64,000 bases of DNA from Tubiluchus corallicola (GCA_030141605.1 JAQGDQ010000285.1:1-64000), one strand, 5' to 3'. Shown: positions 36,720 to 51,046, counted from the first letter of the stretch. Notes: a model not told the origin generated them from the sequence alone. Made by a program: numbers and translations.

Positions 36720-37975
36720 AAATCAACACACAACCCACACCACACCACTCCACCTCATCACACCACACTGCACCACACCATACCACTCCACCTCATCGCA
36801 CCACACAATACAACCACACCGCACCGCACCACACCATACCACCTACACACCACACCACCCACACCATACCACTCCACCACATCACACCACACTGCACCAC
36901 ACCATACCACTGCACCACCCACGCACCACACCACACCACCCACACCATAATACCCCACCACATCACACCGCACAGCACAGCACAGCACCACACCATAACA
37001 CCACACTGCACCACACCACCCACCCACCTACACACCACACCACCCACACCATACCACTCCACCACATCACACCACACCGCACCACACCATACCACTGCAG
37101 CACACCGCACCACCCACACACCACACCACCCACACCATACGACTCCACCACATCACACCACACTGCACCACACCATACCACTGCACCACCCACGCACCAC
37201 ACCACACCACCCACACCATAATACTCCACCACATCACACTGCACAGCACCACACCATAACACCACACTGCTAAACACCACCCACCCACCTACACACCACA
37301 CCACCCACACCATACCACTCCACCACATCACACCACACCATGCACCACCCACACCCACACCACACCATAATACTCCACCACATCACACCGCACAGCACCC
37401 ACACCATAACACCACACTGCACCACACCACCCACCCACCTACACACCACACCACCCACACCATACCACTCCACCACATCACACCACACCGCACCACACCA
37501 TACCACTGCAGCACACTGCACCACCCACACACCACACCACACCATAATACTCCACCACATCACACCGCACAGCACCACACCATAACACCACACTGCACCA
37601 CACCACCCACCCACCTACACACCACACCACCCACACCATACCACTCCACCATATCACACCACACCGCACCACACCATACCACTGCAGCACACTGCACCAC
37701 CCACACACCACACCACCCACACCATACGACTCCACCACATCACACCACACTGCACCACACCATACCACTGCACCGCACCACCCACACACCACACCACACC
37801 ACCCACACCATAATACTCCACCACATCACACCGCACTGCACCACACCATACCACTGCACCACCCACACACCACGCCACCCACTCCATACCACACTACCCA
37901 CACCACACCCCACACACCATCCATAGCACAACACACAAAGCACACCACCACCACACCACATCAAATCCACCACCT
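36720..37975. repeat. Complex (CACAC/CACCA)-rich tandem repeat
   Basis: Recurrent units such as cacccacaccataccactccaccacatcacaccacactgcaccacaccataccactgca. Confidence 0.93.
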
Positions 37976-38264
37976 CACGTGGTGATCATGATGGTGGCAA
38001 CGATGACGACACCTATAGCACAAGCACCAACAGCACAGCATTACAACAAAACCATTCCAAACATTTTTCACAAAGTTGAAACTATGTGCTATAATATAAT
38101 AAATAGCAAAGGCCCCGCAAAAGATTTTGCGTAAAAAACCACGTATAATCAATAACACGCGAACATTCTACCTAGTCCTCATTTTTAACACAAAGCCCGT
38201 AGCAGGTTTTACTGAATTACACAGCTGCGTAGCAGCTTTTTGCTGAATTAAAGCTATAAGATTA

Positions 38265-38887
38265 TAGACAGATATAATGGATGACGTCACAACAATGCCT
38301 TTGCGTCAGCAGTTTCTTAAGCGAAAATTGTCGAAAATGGAACCTCTAATTAACTCGTCGGTACTTCTCTCGGTGGACCTGCCCTAATATATAGCCCACA
38401 TCATCGTGTAGCCCCGTTCTTCCTCTTTCTGATGAGCTGTATATCTCCTTCCGAGAGTCCCACCAGGCGCCGCTAGAACGTTTTTCCCGCAGGCTGTTTG
38501 GTCAAAATTTCGAAAAAATCGCGTTGGGTCCGGGAAAACGCCCGTTGCGGGGCGCCCTGGCCCTCTCGCGAATTCTAAATATGCCTACTACACCCACCGC
38601 TGAACGGGCTATCTATCCGTACCCAGCACCCTCCTCGGCCCATTCCCGTTCTCTACATCTCAGCCGTAGAACTTTTGCAAAAAACGGCCGAAAAAGGGCC
38701 ATTTTTGGAGGTTTTTCGCCTCCCGTTCCTCCCGGTGGGCCCATTTCGAAAAATAAACCATCAATGGCAAGACACTAGATCGAGACCTTTCGTTTGATAT
38801 ATAGATCGCCGCAAATGGTGCCCTCGTCGGAGCTGTAGCCTCGAATCTTATATAAGATACCAAGAATATTAATATAAGAGTATAGAT
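38265..38887 (-). mobile_element. GC-rich non-autonomous repeat, possibly Helitron-like
   Basis: Abrupt GC/CpG-rich island. The minus strand starts ATCTATACTCTTATATTAATA and contains gatctatatatcaaacgaaaggtctcga, reminiscent of invertebrate Helitron-like repeats. The 3' end is not resolved. Confidence 0.35.
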
Positions 38888-41839
38888 ATCTCTATAGCCG
38901 TTTCACAGTGCACTAGATCTTTGGCTTAATTTATGCGAGTATAATATGAGTACTCATTTTCGTGTACTGTAAAACTATAAATCTAGTTGCTGCTTGTAAA
39001 CTCGTCACACTGAAGATGACTACCAGGCTATACAATCGAAATGTTAGTCATGATTATAATAATTTTGTTTTAAAGTTTTTTTATAAACGATGTTTCACTG
39101 TTATTCATAAGAGTCTATGTGTTAAGGCAAATGGTGCTACTGCTGATGGCCAGGTTTCGGGTCTCCACATGGCACCATAACAGCCAAAGTGGTAGCTATT
39201 CCGCTACATCGCCATAATCCCAACAGTGGTAGCACAGTCCTAACAAACTAACATAGCAAGTGCCAGCTGAAACAACCAGCAAGGCAATTGAAACGCTTAC
39301 ACATAAGTTACGAACTATACGCCTATACGTACCTCGTTACACAATAAACCCTGCGTGCGCACCCTGTTAAGGTATCAACATCACTCCAATGGGGATAAGG
39401 AAAAGCACCTCTCTTTATGACATGATGTCAATCGTTGCACCAAACTATCAAAGGACTGAAACAATATAGGAGATTAGAACATCTACGTTAAGGCTAGTGG
39501 TCATCAGCAGTTGCCATGTTTCGCCGGCCGGAGATTCCGGGCTTAACTTGACCCTCTACATGGCTTCCCAACAGGCAGGATGTTATTCCTCTGTATTGCC
39601 GTAACCCTCAAATTGGTAGCATAGCTGCCTGCTACGGTAGAACGCCCTTACAAGTAGTGATCATAGCAAGACATCACTTGTTATGTGTAGTGTTATATGT
39701 GTTTACTAAAGAGAGTTGTTGTTCATAGTAGCTGAAGTGTTCCCGATTTCCCGTGAACGTGCTTACGTCACAGCGGAGGCGGACGATAGACCAATATGCT
39801 TGGCGTGATTCCACATAATTAATGACACAAGATACGAGCTCTGCATACGCAGTTACAAAACTAGCCTAATTCTACCACATCTATCAGCTTCAAAAGCGTT
39901 TAAAAATACCGCCATTCGATATACGCGGTACAGATATCTTACCACTGGTTTTAAATTAGTTACTACTTTCAAAAACAAAGCTTTTAGAGCGTTGAAGTTG
40001 CTTATTCAAATAATAAATGATTTTCTGACAGGCTAACTCACATTACAATAAAAAAGAGATTTTATAGTTTTAATCTCGGACCGCTATGAATGTAAAGAAT
40101 AGTTTTGTTCAGCGCATGTCCGGCGAAAGGCTGCTTCTCAGGGAGAATGCCCCATGTTTGGATCTACCATAGCTGGACTTACCTCATACTGTGTCGCTAT
40201 GCATTCCGGATGCACGTGTAAGCGCCCTAACACGCAAGAAAGTGGAATAAATGAATCAATTAGTGAGCTAAAGCTGCCTCATAGCGCGCGTGACTATTAG
40301 AATAAGGATGGCTTATCAACGTACGACAACCCACCTAAGCTACATTCTTCATAATCCGGTATTTTATTGACATTTTACATACAATCCGATATACTGTTGG
40401 AATCCAGCACTCAATTGCTGGGAAAAGTAAATGCTACGTGCCTGTGACGAGATTGGAATCTAGTTCCTCATAGCACTCCAAAATGAGCTACTGAACCGAC
40501 AGAAGCTTCCTAACTAGATCTGCATATGAATGCATTCTCCTTCAATGAAGTAAACGATCAGAATTTGAATCGTGATCAAAGAAGCAATTTCTCAGATGAC
40601 TCAGACTTAAATGCAAGCACCCCAACCTGGCTCGGATGCAATTACACATCCTCCTTCCAACCAAAGAAGTAGACAACCAGTGAAGCCGTCCAGAACGAGT
40701 ACTGAGCTTATAGCCTAGTCACCGGCCAGACAAGGCGCTGTTTGACTCCAGTCGCAAAACAGACGCCGTGACCTTTTGCTTACGCATCTCGACTAAATTC
40801 TAACGAGCATTTTTTTTCAATTCATAAGTTTCTCCTGCACTGCAGGGAACATTTAGTGCAAGCGGCCTACCACAATAAGTGCTGAAATTAAACGCGTCGC
40901 TTCTGGTAGTTTGAGGATTAAGAAAAAGAAGCCAGGCTTCGGACAGCAGTTACCGTTCAATCAATCATGACTGTTAGAGCGCATGTAATATGCCTCGCGA
41001 TAGCATACCTAGTCAACCTACAGTACTCGACGCAAAGACGCGCTTTCTTGGAAAGAATAAAATGACTGCAGGACACGTAACGAAGCCATAGAAACGCTGC
41101 CCAAGCTTCATGAATGAAGAGTGAACATATTTCGACCTGCGTCACTTTTCATTAACAATAGCCATTTTTATTAGAGAATATGACCTACATGTAAAAGATT
41201 AAACGATTATCATAACGATTGTTGAAAAGTATAAACCTATAGGAAACGGAAATAGCTGTGTGATCAGCGACGGAACACCTTAATCGACGGAAACAACAGG
41301 TACTCATTCGCATATTCTCATTTAGAATACGGAGTAACTATATAGTGGTGTCAGAATATTAAAAACGGATAAAAACTTATTGAATGAAAACCAAACAACC
41401 GACAACTAGAACAAAAAGGGAAAAGCGAATGAGACTTCCTTATAGAATTACTTCGCAAACGAAAACACAATAAAAGTTTGTTACAAAAGGTATCGCGTAT
41501 GTTTTAGGCAATGCTGCACAGACTAACAATTTAATATGATCTAGTTACTCTTAGTCAATTAAACGCCGAACGCACAGGTCATTTTCAAAAAAAAACGTTG
41601 CAAAAATCTTTCAATAAGAATTAACATTTTTTGTAAATAAAAACAGAAACTGAAAAATATTGGTTAACAGAAAATTAAAAAAATGTTGGTTAACTGTAGG
41701 TAAACGAGTGCAAAAAATTCTTATTTCAAAACATTTGTTACTAGATCAAAAAGAGATTTTTTGTAAATCATCCCTTGCAATATATAATTTTATCCTTTAT
41801 GTCTAAACTTATACACAAACCGCACGAAAGAACTTTAAG

Positions 41840-42870
41840 CAACAAGAACATCTAGAATGCGTTTATGACAAAATCTTTGCTCTTGATCTTTGTCTATAAA
41901 TCATAATTTTGCTATTGCAGGAATTCTCCGTGTTTCATTACATAGGAAATCCATTTTATTGCAATAGCATTTTGGGTCCTGTCTCCGTGACCTTTGACCC
42001 AGAGGTCACCATTCTTATACCGTTTTTTCTTTACCTGTATTAGGTGCCAACCCTGCAAATTTCGTGATTCTATCTCTTATACTTGTTGAGTTATTGACCA
42101 GACCCCATTTTAACACTTTCGGCTATGTCACGTGATTTGGCCGGCCACACTTACTTTTCCAAAAATACTTAATGCACATCTACTCTTGCCTGGTTACCCA
42201 CACATGCATAAACAGTGACTCCTAGTCCAACACTGGAAGAGGAGTTGAGTGACAAAGTCATTCGTCCTAATTTCCACATTTTGGGTCCTGCTGCTGTGTC
42301 CTTTGACAGAGAGGTCACCACTTATATAAAGTTCTGTGATCACTTATGTTAGGTGTCCACCCTGCAAGTTTCGTGATTCTAGCTGTCATACACATTTTAA
42401 CACTTTCGCCCATGTCATGTGACCAGGCTACGCTCACTTTTCGAAAATTACTTAATGCACATCTACATTCACCAGCTTACCGCACATGCATAAACATTGT
42501 TACTCAACCAGGACTTGGGTGACAAAGCTGTTTACCCTGATTTTCCCCTTTTTTCTCCTAACTCGGAACAACTTTCCTAGACTCCAATTTCCAAAACAGC
42601 TATCCCAAAGGACCTAAATACCGGTGAAAAAAATTGAATTTAACTCAAAGCCCTAAGAGGAGGTGAACAACAAAGAAAAACTGACCAGTGGCCTTGACCA
42701 TTTGACCCGAGGTCAAATGTCGCTAAACCAATTTTAGCTCCCATAGCTCAGGTGTCTACCTACCAACTTTGTTGACTCTAGGTACCATTGTATGGGAGTT
42801 ATTGTCCTAGCGGAGAAATAATAAACGGTTGATTTCTAATAAGATTCTGCTATATGCAGAATCTTAATAA
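41840..42870. mobile_element. Helentron/HINE-like non-autonomous element
   Basis: Begins aacaaga. Has two ~310-bp internal direct repeats (from ~41970 and ~42278) with tgacctttgacc motifs, and a terminal hairpin taagattctgc-tatat-gcagaatctta followed by ataat. Confidence 0.55.
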
Positions 42871-44740
42871 TCGCACATCGAATATTACGCCTGTACCTTT
42901 GATATTTAATAGGTGGGGATTTCACGTCAATATTTTTATTTCTAATAGACGCAAAATTTTAATTTTTGCCACCATATCGAAACTTAGGATCTGATTAAGA
43001 ATTTTGATAAAAGTGGGCATTGGTCAACGATCCCCCCTCCTGATTTACGAAATCTTTTCAGGTTACTTTTAGAGAGTAAAAGCACTTTCAAAAGATTAAC
43101 AGGAAAAATGCGACACACTGGGGATGTTGTATTCAAGACGTATAGTGTTGCAGAGTCGTAAAAACACTTTTAAGATATTAAAAGGAAAACAACTGATGCT
43201 CCAGGGATATGATAATCAAGGTGGATAGCCCCAAATACAAAAGAATGCCATGATCTGCAACCAAATATCAACATCATCATTTGCCCATGTCTATTGTAGA
43301 CAATCGGAAAGCAGAATTTTAAAAAAGAATCATGCCCTCAAAAAACAGGTAATCACAGCAGTAATCTAGTGGTTTGTCAGCATCACTGCGAGCCAAACAA
43401 GGGCTAAAATAATACATTCTTGTACTTGCATTCAAAAACAGCCATTAGTACGCAAATATCAACAGTGGTATAAATGTAAATAAGCTGAACTTTTGGGCGA
43501 AGCCACAAGCACAAGCAAACAAGCGATACGTGTTTTTTATGCCCCACAAACTAAATTGCGATCAGAATATTTATGAATCTAGGAAAAGTGCAAAAGAAAG
43601 CATCAAAATATACCAAAGCCCCAAATGAATATCATTACCAAAATCGTTAGAAACCTAAGCTCAACATGGTGCCAAGAACCAAATTTATACACAAGCAGTC
43701 AACTTGAAATGACTTACACATTCAGCACCCCACTAACTACGTGTTAAGTATTCCCGACAACCCCCATGAGACCACACCCAAGGAAAAGCCTAATGGCCAA
43801 TAAACATGCCCAACTAATGCATACATTCAGTTAGGCTAGTGCGTTTTTCAGTGGATAGAGATTTGGCCATAATTAGTATCCATACACCTCAAGTGAATCA
43901 AGTATTGATGTGTATCCAGCTCGAAATGCATTAAATCCAGCGGCGACAACAACTGGACAATTACTCTGTTGCAATTACATGTACACTGCATATCGACGCT
44001 CATAAAACCGATGCAATACACGGTCTGACGCACAAACTAGAGCACGGTCTCAGAGAAACATTCAAGGAGCAATGATATTGAGTAAAAGTGAATCTTTTTG
44101 ATACTGGTAATGCACAGAAATGAACAATTCTTTATAAAACACTAAAAGAACCATTTAAAAATGATCAAGCAAACTACAAAATTAAAAATTTTGGTTCGAG
44201 CTAATACTAGATCAGCACATTATTTCTTAATTCTTTCAATTATTAATAAATAAACGTAACCAATAAAATGATAAATTACGCTAAAATGCCAAAACTTGCA
44301 ATCACAGTGCAATTTCACCTTAAGCAAATGGATATTTCTAGTGAGTATGTCAATTTGGTGCAAGTACATAATACACAAAAGTGGGAGGCATTTTTCATAA
44401 TTGTACAGAAATAATATTATAAATATCTGGATTGAATACATATTCATGATTAAATGTTTAAGTATCTGTATAGTTGTATACTAATTACAATAGCATTATA
44501 ACAGTAATAATTAAATAACAACTAGAAAAATCAATATAAATATTTAACAAATTAACTTGAGGCTCTATACTTCTGTTGCAGTCCCACAATAGTACATATA
44601 ACAATTAGACAGCGCTGTATGATTTAGGCAATTTATGGCAAGCAAATGGTAGCAATCTAGCAAATCAAACTGCAACTATTACAAACTACTTGAAAATCAT
44701 AATTTCTCTGGCATAGTCTCTTAAAAAATGTTTGTAAGTT

Positions 44741-46372
44741 TCACTGAATTACACAACAGCATCTCTGCTTATTGTCCTCACCAACAACCTCAACACTGCT
44801 GAATTTGTACTTTGTTTCTGTATAGGCATGATCGCCGGAACCCGATTTGTCCTTCTCCCTACTTGCCCTTCTAAAAACATTGGTATCAAGAATACGTAAC
44901 CCATTCGACGTTCGTCGATTACTCTTTGAATCTGGAGACGCCTCTGTAGCATTTTTCTTGGTTGCGTCGATCTCTAATGGATTTTCCAAATCATCGGATG
45001 CATCTCTGCTGTTCGTCTCTTCGTGTGAAGCTGAATTTGATGCACCAATTTTGATGGCAAGGTCTAGTCGTTCCATAGCAGTGGGAGCTACACTATCGCC
45101 ATTGTCCTTTATAGAATGAGCATCAGGTTTTCTGGTATTAAGTTTTGGTGACTGTCTCGGTGAAACACGTTTCTGCATACTGTGCAAATCTTTGTGAGCC
45201 TTTTTTACCATACTGGGTGAAGACGGCACAGCTATATCAACGTCAGCAATATTTACTGGCTCTTTGGTTTCATTTTGCAATGCCCTCACTCTTGCCTCTT
45301 CCTGAGCTTCCCTTCTTGAAAGAGCTGTTTTGTCTCTTATGCTAGTTCGCCTGATAGACTGGCTTCGGGTGTTGGTACTTTGTCTGCGCATGTGAAGTGG
45401 TCGGCGGGATAAGTTATACTCAATCTCGCTCTTTAACTCAATGATTCGATCTCGCAAATCAGGATCTTCACAAATGTCAAATGGCGTTTCATCATTGTGA
45501 GTCGTAGCCTCAATGTCTGCACCATTAGATACTAATATTTCTAGTAGGTGAGCATGACCCCAGCAAGCAGCAGCATGAATTGGCTGCCAGCCGTCGTCAT
45601 CTTGAGCATCCAAGCTAGCATGATTATCTAGTAAAAGTTCAACTACTGTTATGTAACCATTAGCACTAGCAACATGTAAAGGAGTTGCACCAACTTCATT
45701 CCTGTATTCTATGCTTTGGCCTGTTTCAATCAATATTTTTGTGTCCTTATACATCTGATGCTCGGTTGCTGATCTAGTTTCATCAATTAACTCTTGGGTC
45801 ACGCCTCTACCAGCCATAACTGACTCAATGTAATCTAATGTGATTTCATCTTCACAAATATCATAGGCCATATTTCCATCAGCATTCACAGCTAACAAAT
45901 CAGCACCCTTGTTTATAAGTAGCTTGACTAGATGTAAGTGACCACATGTGGCTGCTGCATGTAGTGGTGTCCATAATTCGGAATCTGTAGCATTAACATT
46001 AGCATTAAATTCTAATAATAGTTGCATCATTTCTTCACTGTCATCAATGCAACACTGATGCAGAGCTGTTAGGCCATCGTCATTGGTCACATCCGGACTT
46101 ACGCCTTTTGTTAATAACCTACGAACTTCTTCCACGTCATTTCTTGATGCACTTTCCAGAAGGACAACAGAAGGATCAAACTGTACTTGCGTGACCTGCT
46201 GCTTCTGTTTAACAGCAGAGTTCTTCTTTTTCTTTGAACTCAACTCCTTTTCTCGGTGAGAATATTTCTTCAGTTGTTGGCTACGTCGTTTCCGAGCGTG
46301 CTTCAAGCGCTCTTGCATAGGCATTTTCTCCAGCATGGGCATTTCTGCCATTAATTCTGAATGTTCAACCAT
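44741..46372 (-). CDS. PPP1R16A: Protein phosphatase 1 regulatory subunit 16 family (MYPT3/TIMAP-like), single coding exon
   Basis: N-terminal QERLKHARKRRSQQLKKY, RVxF-like QVQF, ankyrin repeats (DGLTALHQCCIDD, WTPLHAAATCGH, ATPLHVASANGY, WQPIHAAACWG), RRTS PKA site and C-terminal CaaX (CCCVIQ). A versus B paralogy is vertebrate-specific, so the symbol is approximate. Confidence 0.93.
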   Translation of the reverse strand: MVEHSELMAEMPMLEKMPMQERLKHARKRRSQQLKKYSHREKELSSKKKKNSAVKQKQQVTQVQFDPSVVLLESASRNDVEEVRRLLTKGVSPDVTNDDGLTALHQCCIDDSEEMMQLLLEFNANVNATDSELWTPLHAAATCGHLHLVKLLINKGADLLAVNADGNMAYDICEDEITLDYIESVMAGRGVTQELIDETRSATEHQMYKDTKILIETGQSIEYRNEVGATPLHVASANGYITVVELLLDNHASLDAQDDDGWQPIHAAACWGHAHLLEILVSNGADIEATTHNDETPFDICEDPDLRDRIIELKSEIEYNLSRRPLHMRRQSTNTRSQSIRRTSIRDKTALSRREAQEEARVRALQNETKEPVNIADVDIAVPSSPSMVKKAHKDLHSMQKRVSPRQSPKLNTRKPDAHSIKDNGDSVAPTAMERLDLAIKIGASNSASHEETNSRDASDDLENPLEIDATKKNATEASPDSKSNRRTSNGLRILDTNVFRRASREKDKSGSGDHAYTETKYKFSSVEVVGEDNKQRCCCVIQ

Positions 46373-46430
46373 CTTGACTTTGTTATGAGGTCGGACAAAG
46401 TAGATTTACTGTTTTGCAGTAGTTCCCTGT

Positions 46431-46478
46431 CTAGTATAGCTTTGGCATTTCTAATTGTAATTTTCGTCCCTGTTTCAT
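46431..46478 (-). promoter_or_regulatory. Upstream ORF (15 aa) in the PPP1R16 5' UTR
   Basis: After the splice acceptor ttttcag at 46490: ATG AAA CAG GGA CGA ... TAC TAG, ending 58 nt before the main ATG. Confidence 0.45.
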
Positions 46479-49032
46479 CGAATGTATACCTGAAAAAAAA
46501 ATCACAATAAAGCTAAATCAATTCAGTTAGCACTAGCAAAGCCAAATCTGTATATCAATTTTATGAAAATTCTGTAAAATATGGATATGCCATGGGACAC
46601 TTCAGTGAAGTGGACAGTGGAAAAATATCCATGCAATTCCAGGTAGAACTTCGAATCGATATGTGCAAGTTAGAATCTATCATTAAATACAAATCAGGAA
46701 CATGAAAGGAACATTCTGATGCATATAAATTGAAAGTGAGACAAAATGAAATATCGTACAATGATATTACGAAGTGTGGACAGTGTAAAACATTAATTTT
46801 TAAAACAATTTCCCAGGCGATTGTAGCTAGCACTAGGTAAACTATAGCTTCTACAAGTTAGAATAAGAATTCTACGTGGAGTCACAATAGAAAAAAATCT
46901 AATAATTACTGTTTTAATTCTCACTGCATCTGTTACAAACACAACTCAAATAAAACAATCGTGCAACAAGTAACACATTTAATTTTATTTTCAGCAAGTT
47001 ATGAAAAACTTCTCACGGTTTTAAGTGAATGTAAATATTAATACTCAAGTTAAGCAAAGTGCATAATACAAACAACGATATTTCTAAACAAATCTATACT
47101 GGGTGTTTCAGCTCATAAATAATTAAGGAATTTACAGTGAAAGTTTTAAACAAAATTTCAATTTTCAGTTTATAGTATAACAAATTTTAATACTATGGCT
47201 TTTATCCCACAGTTAATGAATTTGAAAATTTTTAGACATTTATTTATTTAAAAAAACTTTTATCTATACCCAATTCAAACTATCAAGTATCTTGAGTTCA
47301 CCCACTGATAGTTTCATATCACTTGGCAAAATATATGGTATATTATAGACAATACATTGACAGAAGTGCTAATTATCAATTTTAAGAAAAAAACTTGATT
47401 TATGGCATTCTCTGTAACTGATTGAATTCAGTAAGTCATAGCCTTCAAACCAGACTTGCAATGGGCAATGCATGTGCCTTATGATATGTAGCTCTTTAAA
47501 GATTTCAATGAAAACGACTGAGCACAAACTACTCTGGAATAAAATGACACCTGACAATGGGAAAGATAAAGTTGCACAACTAACTTACAGATAGAAAGGC
47601 AATGTATTACAGGTCTCGCTGATGACTTGTCATCACAGTGTTGCTGTTTCTAGTAGCATACTTATATGGTTAGTCAAAAAAATGTTCAAGCATATCAAAA
47701 ATTCAGTAATTTGCAGCAAGCAAATTTAAATCACGAAACATATACGCACTATACATCTCGTGCACAGTAAAAAAATCAATTCATTTTACTGTTTCTAACT
47801 TTGCTATTTCTAGATGTGGAGTACTTTGATCTTTGGTACCACGTTGCTTTAATACTATTGGCAACACAAAGGTGGATCCAGGATCAGTTCAGAGCCTTGA
47901 GACACAAAAACGTTTCTCCACTGATTTATGGGATGCTGGAAATTGGAGTGGAAACAAGGGTCTCTTTCTTTGTACTTTGTATTTAGACTTGTTGTTTATA
48001 TGATTTCACATTTAAGGTTCTGAAGGTATAAGCAGCTGCACTGGTGTTACAGTCACACTCAATACTGTATATGGCATAGAGTTTATCGATAGATACTTAA
48101 AGATAACAGTTCAGTTTAGCCCACAAGTGCTAACTAATAACTACTATCTAGATACCAAAATTGTAGAAGAAAAAAGTTAAAGGTCTGTTTATAGAAATTA
48201 CGAAGATAAACTGACAAGTCCATTCCGGGCATTTCAGAAAACTTTGTTATAGTTGAGGAACCTTGAGAGTTCAGAAAAATGTCGAAGACTAAAAAACTCA
48301 ATTTAAAAGGAGCAGAATTCTAACTATGCATAACACTTTATAAGCAACAACTCTTCCAAAAGAAGGAGAACTTTCAGTACTACTCAAGTATTAACATTTT
48401 GACTAAACTGTTCAGCAAAACAGCACACATTCAAAGGTAAAATAAACAATCGTTATTACTAATACACAATGTGTTATCTAGTCATGATCTTATTAATAAT
48501 TGGAGCCAAAAGTATTATTCGAAAAAAAATTGCAGGCCACACATGACAACCACTGAAAAAAGGTGTTAGCCATCAGCCACTCAACCAAGGAGTAAACCAA
48601 ACCTTTTTACACTTATTGGCATAATACTAATTAGACATGTCTTTTAAATTTTTGGGCATGACTAGAAATATTCACCACCCCTTGTATACATTAGGTGAGT
48701 AGTACTCAGGCTTGCAGTGAGTAGCTGAAAGGCATTATGTTTTCTTGTAATTATTTAGAAACTCACATGTTACAATGCCATAATTTTTATGCAAACTGCT
48801 TGCACGAAAAAATTGTGAAAAAAAACTGATTTTGAGCACAACAAGCTAATATGAACGTTAGTAGCATCGAGGGATTCACTGAATTCAAGATTAGAAAAGA
48901 CGTCAATGCTGCCATCTTCAATTTAAGATGATAATAGTAACTATAAGTAAAAAATGAGAAAAATCAAAAGCCCGATGAAAGCAGATGTTAATACATTCTT
49001 GTAGAGTTTCCAGATGAACCTTTGCAGCTTTA

Positions 49033-49954
49033 GGCCCATTTCACAGTGAGGACACAAGGAAAATGATGCACGGAATTGCTGTCAGAAAATTTCCGATTTT
49101 TTCTCGAAATCCTAGTTACCTGCAACTACAATTACTCGTCAACAAGGACAAGGAAAACGACGTCATGTTTTCTCTAAGTGCTTACTACGATTGTGATAGT
49201 ATTAATTATCATCGTTATGGGGTTCACCCAATTAACGAAACAAGACAGCACCGTGGTAGTTGTTGCAACCTTGTATGGGCATTTGAAAGATGATGGGGAG
49301 AAATTATACAATTATACTAGAATGACTCCCGACACTGCATTGACTCTCTAACTTTGTAATTTGATATTTTATGCCATATAATTATGTCTAAATTAAGTCA
49401 TAGTTGTTGTATTTTATCAAATGCAAAGTACAATTATTAATATTAATCAATGTAATGTTATACCTGCTTGTTTTTTTAGGAAAGTCCCACTAACCACTTC
49501 AAAATTTGAAAATACACATACATGTGTGTAAAATAAATATATGCATGCATTATTTTTCTTTTTCATGAATATAGCCGTCACTGTTGTATTAATAAAACAC
49601 AACATCATCCGTCTGTTAAAACAGAGATTAAGTCTTATAAATTTATGCTGAAATGCGTTAATAGATGTTCGTTAAAAAAGAAAGAATTAATTGAGCAGTT
49701 AAATTTTAATCTGAATTCTGCGAGGATTGCTCACGAAAATGGTACTTGCACTATGTGGCAATTTTCCTCATGAGGAAGATGCATAGCTTATAGCTGGCAG
49801 TAGAATCCTCACGAGGAATTGCACAAGGAAATTTCTTCAAGATGCATCACTGTGAAATGCACCACAGAAAACAATGTTTCTATTCTCGTGAGGAATGCCG
49901 CAAGGAATTTCTCCTTGAGAAATTTTGCTGTGCATCCTCTCTGTGAAATGGGCC
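49033..49954. mobile_element. PIF/Harbinger-type MITE with TTA target-site duplication
   Basis: TIRs GGCCCATTTCACAG...CTGTGAAATGGGCC, with tta on both sides (49030-49032, 49955-49957). Confidence 0.85.
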
Positions 49955-51046
49955 TTATCCTTTTTTTTGAAAGTGATAGACATTACTGCTGCTATCTAGA
50001 TTTCAAAATGGCAGATAAAAATCTGACTCTGTCAATGGATGAGGAAATTTTTTAGTATATTTATCTGAAGTTTCATGGCAATCCATTGTGAATCGGCGAA
50101 GCCTTGGGCTTTTTTTTGAAAAATTAACTTGCTAATCAATCTGACGATCGATACAGAATTTGTTCTAGTATGTCTCCTATAAAGCTTCATGATGTTCCAT
50201 TGCAAATTGAAGAAGTAGAAGCTTTTTTCGAAAATAATGTTATTGTTTGAATCCCATCCCGTCAGATGATGCAGAATTTGTTCTGGCACATTCCTGTCAA
50301 GTTTCATAATGATATATTGTAAACTGGCAGGGCCTTAGGCATTTTCTCAAAATAATGTTTTTGCCACCATCTTGAATTCAAAATTTGCTGTAGCATATCC
50401 TTATGAAGTTTGTGACGACTTCCATTGCAAATTGGCAGAGCCTTGAGTTTTTTTCGAGAATAATGTTATCACCGCCATCTTCAATTCAAAATGGCAGGTC
50501 GAAAATCCAACTCCATCACTTAATGGAGAATGCATTCTAGTATATTTGTGTGAAGGTCCATGACGATCCATTGCAAATTCACGGGGAGCCTTAGACATTT
50601 TTCAAAAGGTCATCACTCCAACAGAAACAAGAACAGCAACAAGACTGAAGAACAAGACTAAAAACAACATCCATAGTTGTTCAGTTGAACATGAGTAGCT
50701 ATTTGGATCGAGCACTCAAACAAAAATTTCCTTACATTCGAATTCACAAAGATGACAGCTAGCTGTGTGGGCACCTATCTACCACACCCTAGTTCTTGGC
50801 ATCAAGGGAAAGCACACAGCCACCTTTTTCGGTTACCCTACTTACATCTTTGTCAAGCTTAAAATGTTTCCACTTAAATCCGCAAAATTTCCGATGAAAT
50901 CGAATGAACAGTTTACTCTCTCTCATTATTAGAAACTGCATTTTTGGATTGAAAGTTTGGTGTGCAAATAAACTTGATTAAAAGTTTACAATCCCATAAG
51001 TGTACGAAATATTTATCAAATCAGAAAGTTTGAAAAAATTTTCATT

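Noticed and set aside
36712-37973. His/Thr/Pro-rich and Val/Trp/Cys-rich ORFs
   Set aside because: They are translations of the CAC-rich tandem repeat in several frames on both strands, with no signal peptide or splice support.
39100-41300. Moderately GC-rich stretch as a decayed retroelement or gene
   Set aside because: No recognisable motifs or long frames on either strand by eye; a translated search would be needed.
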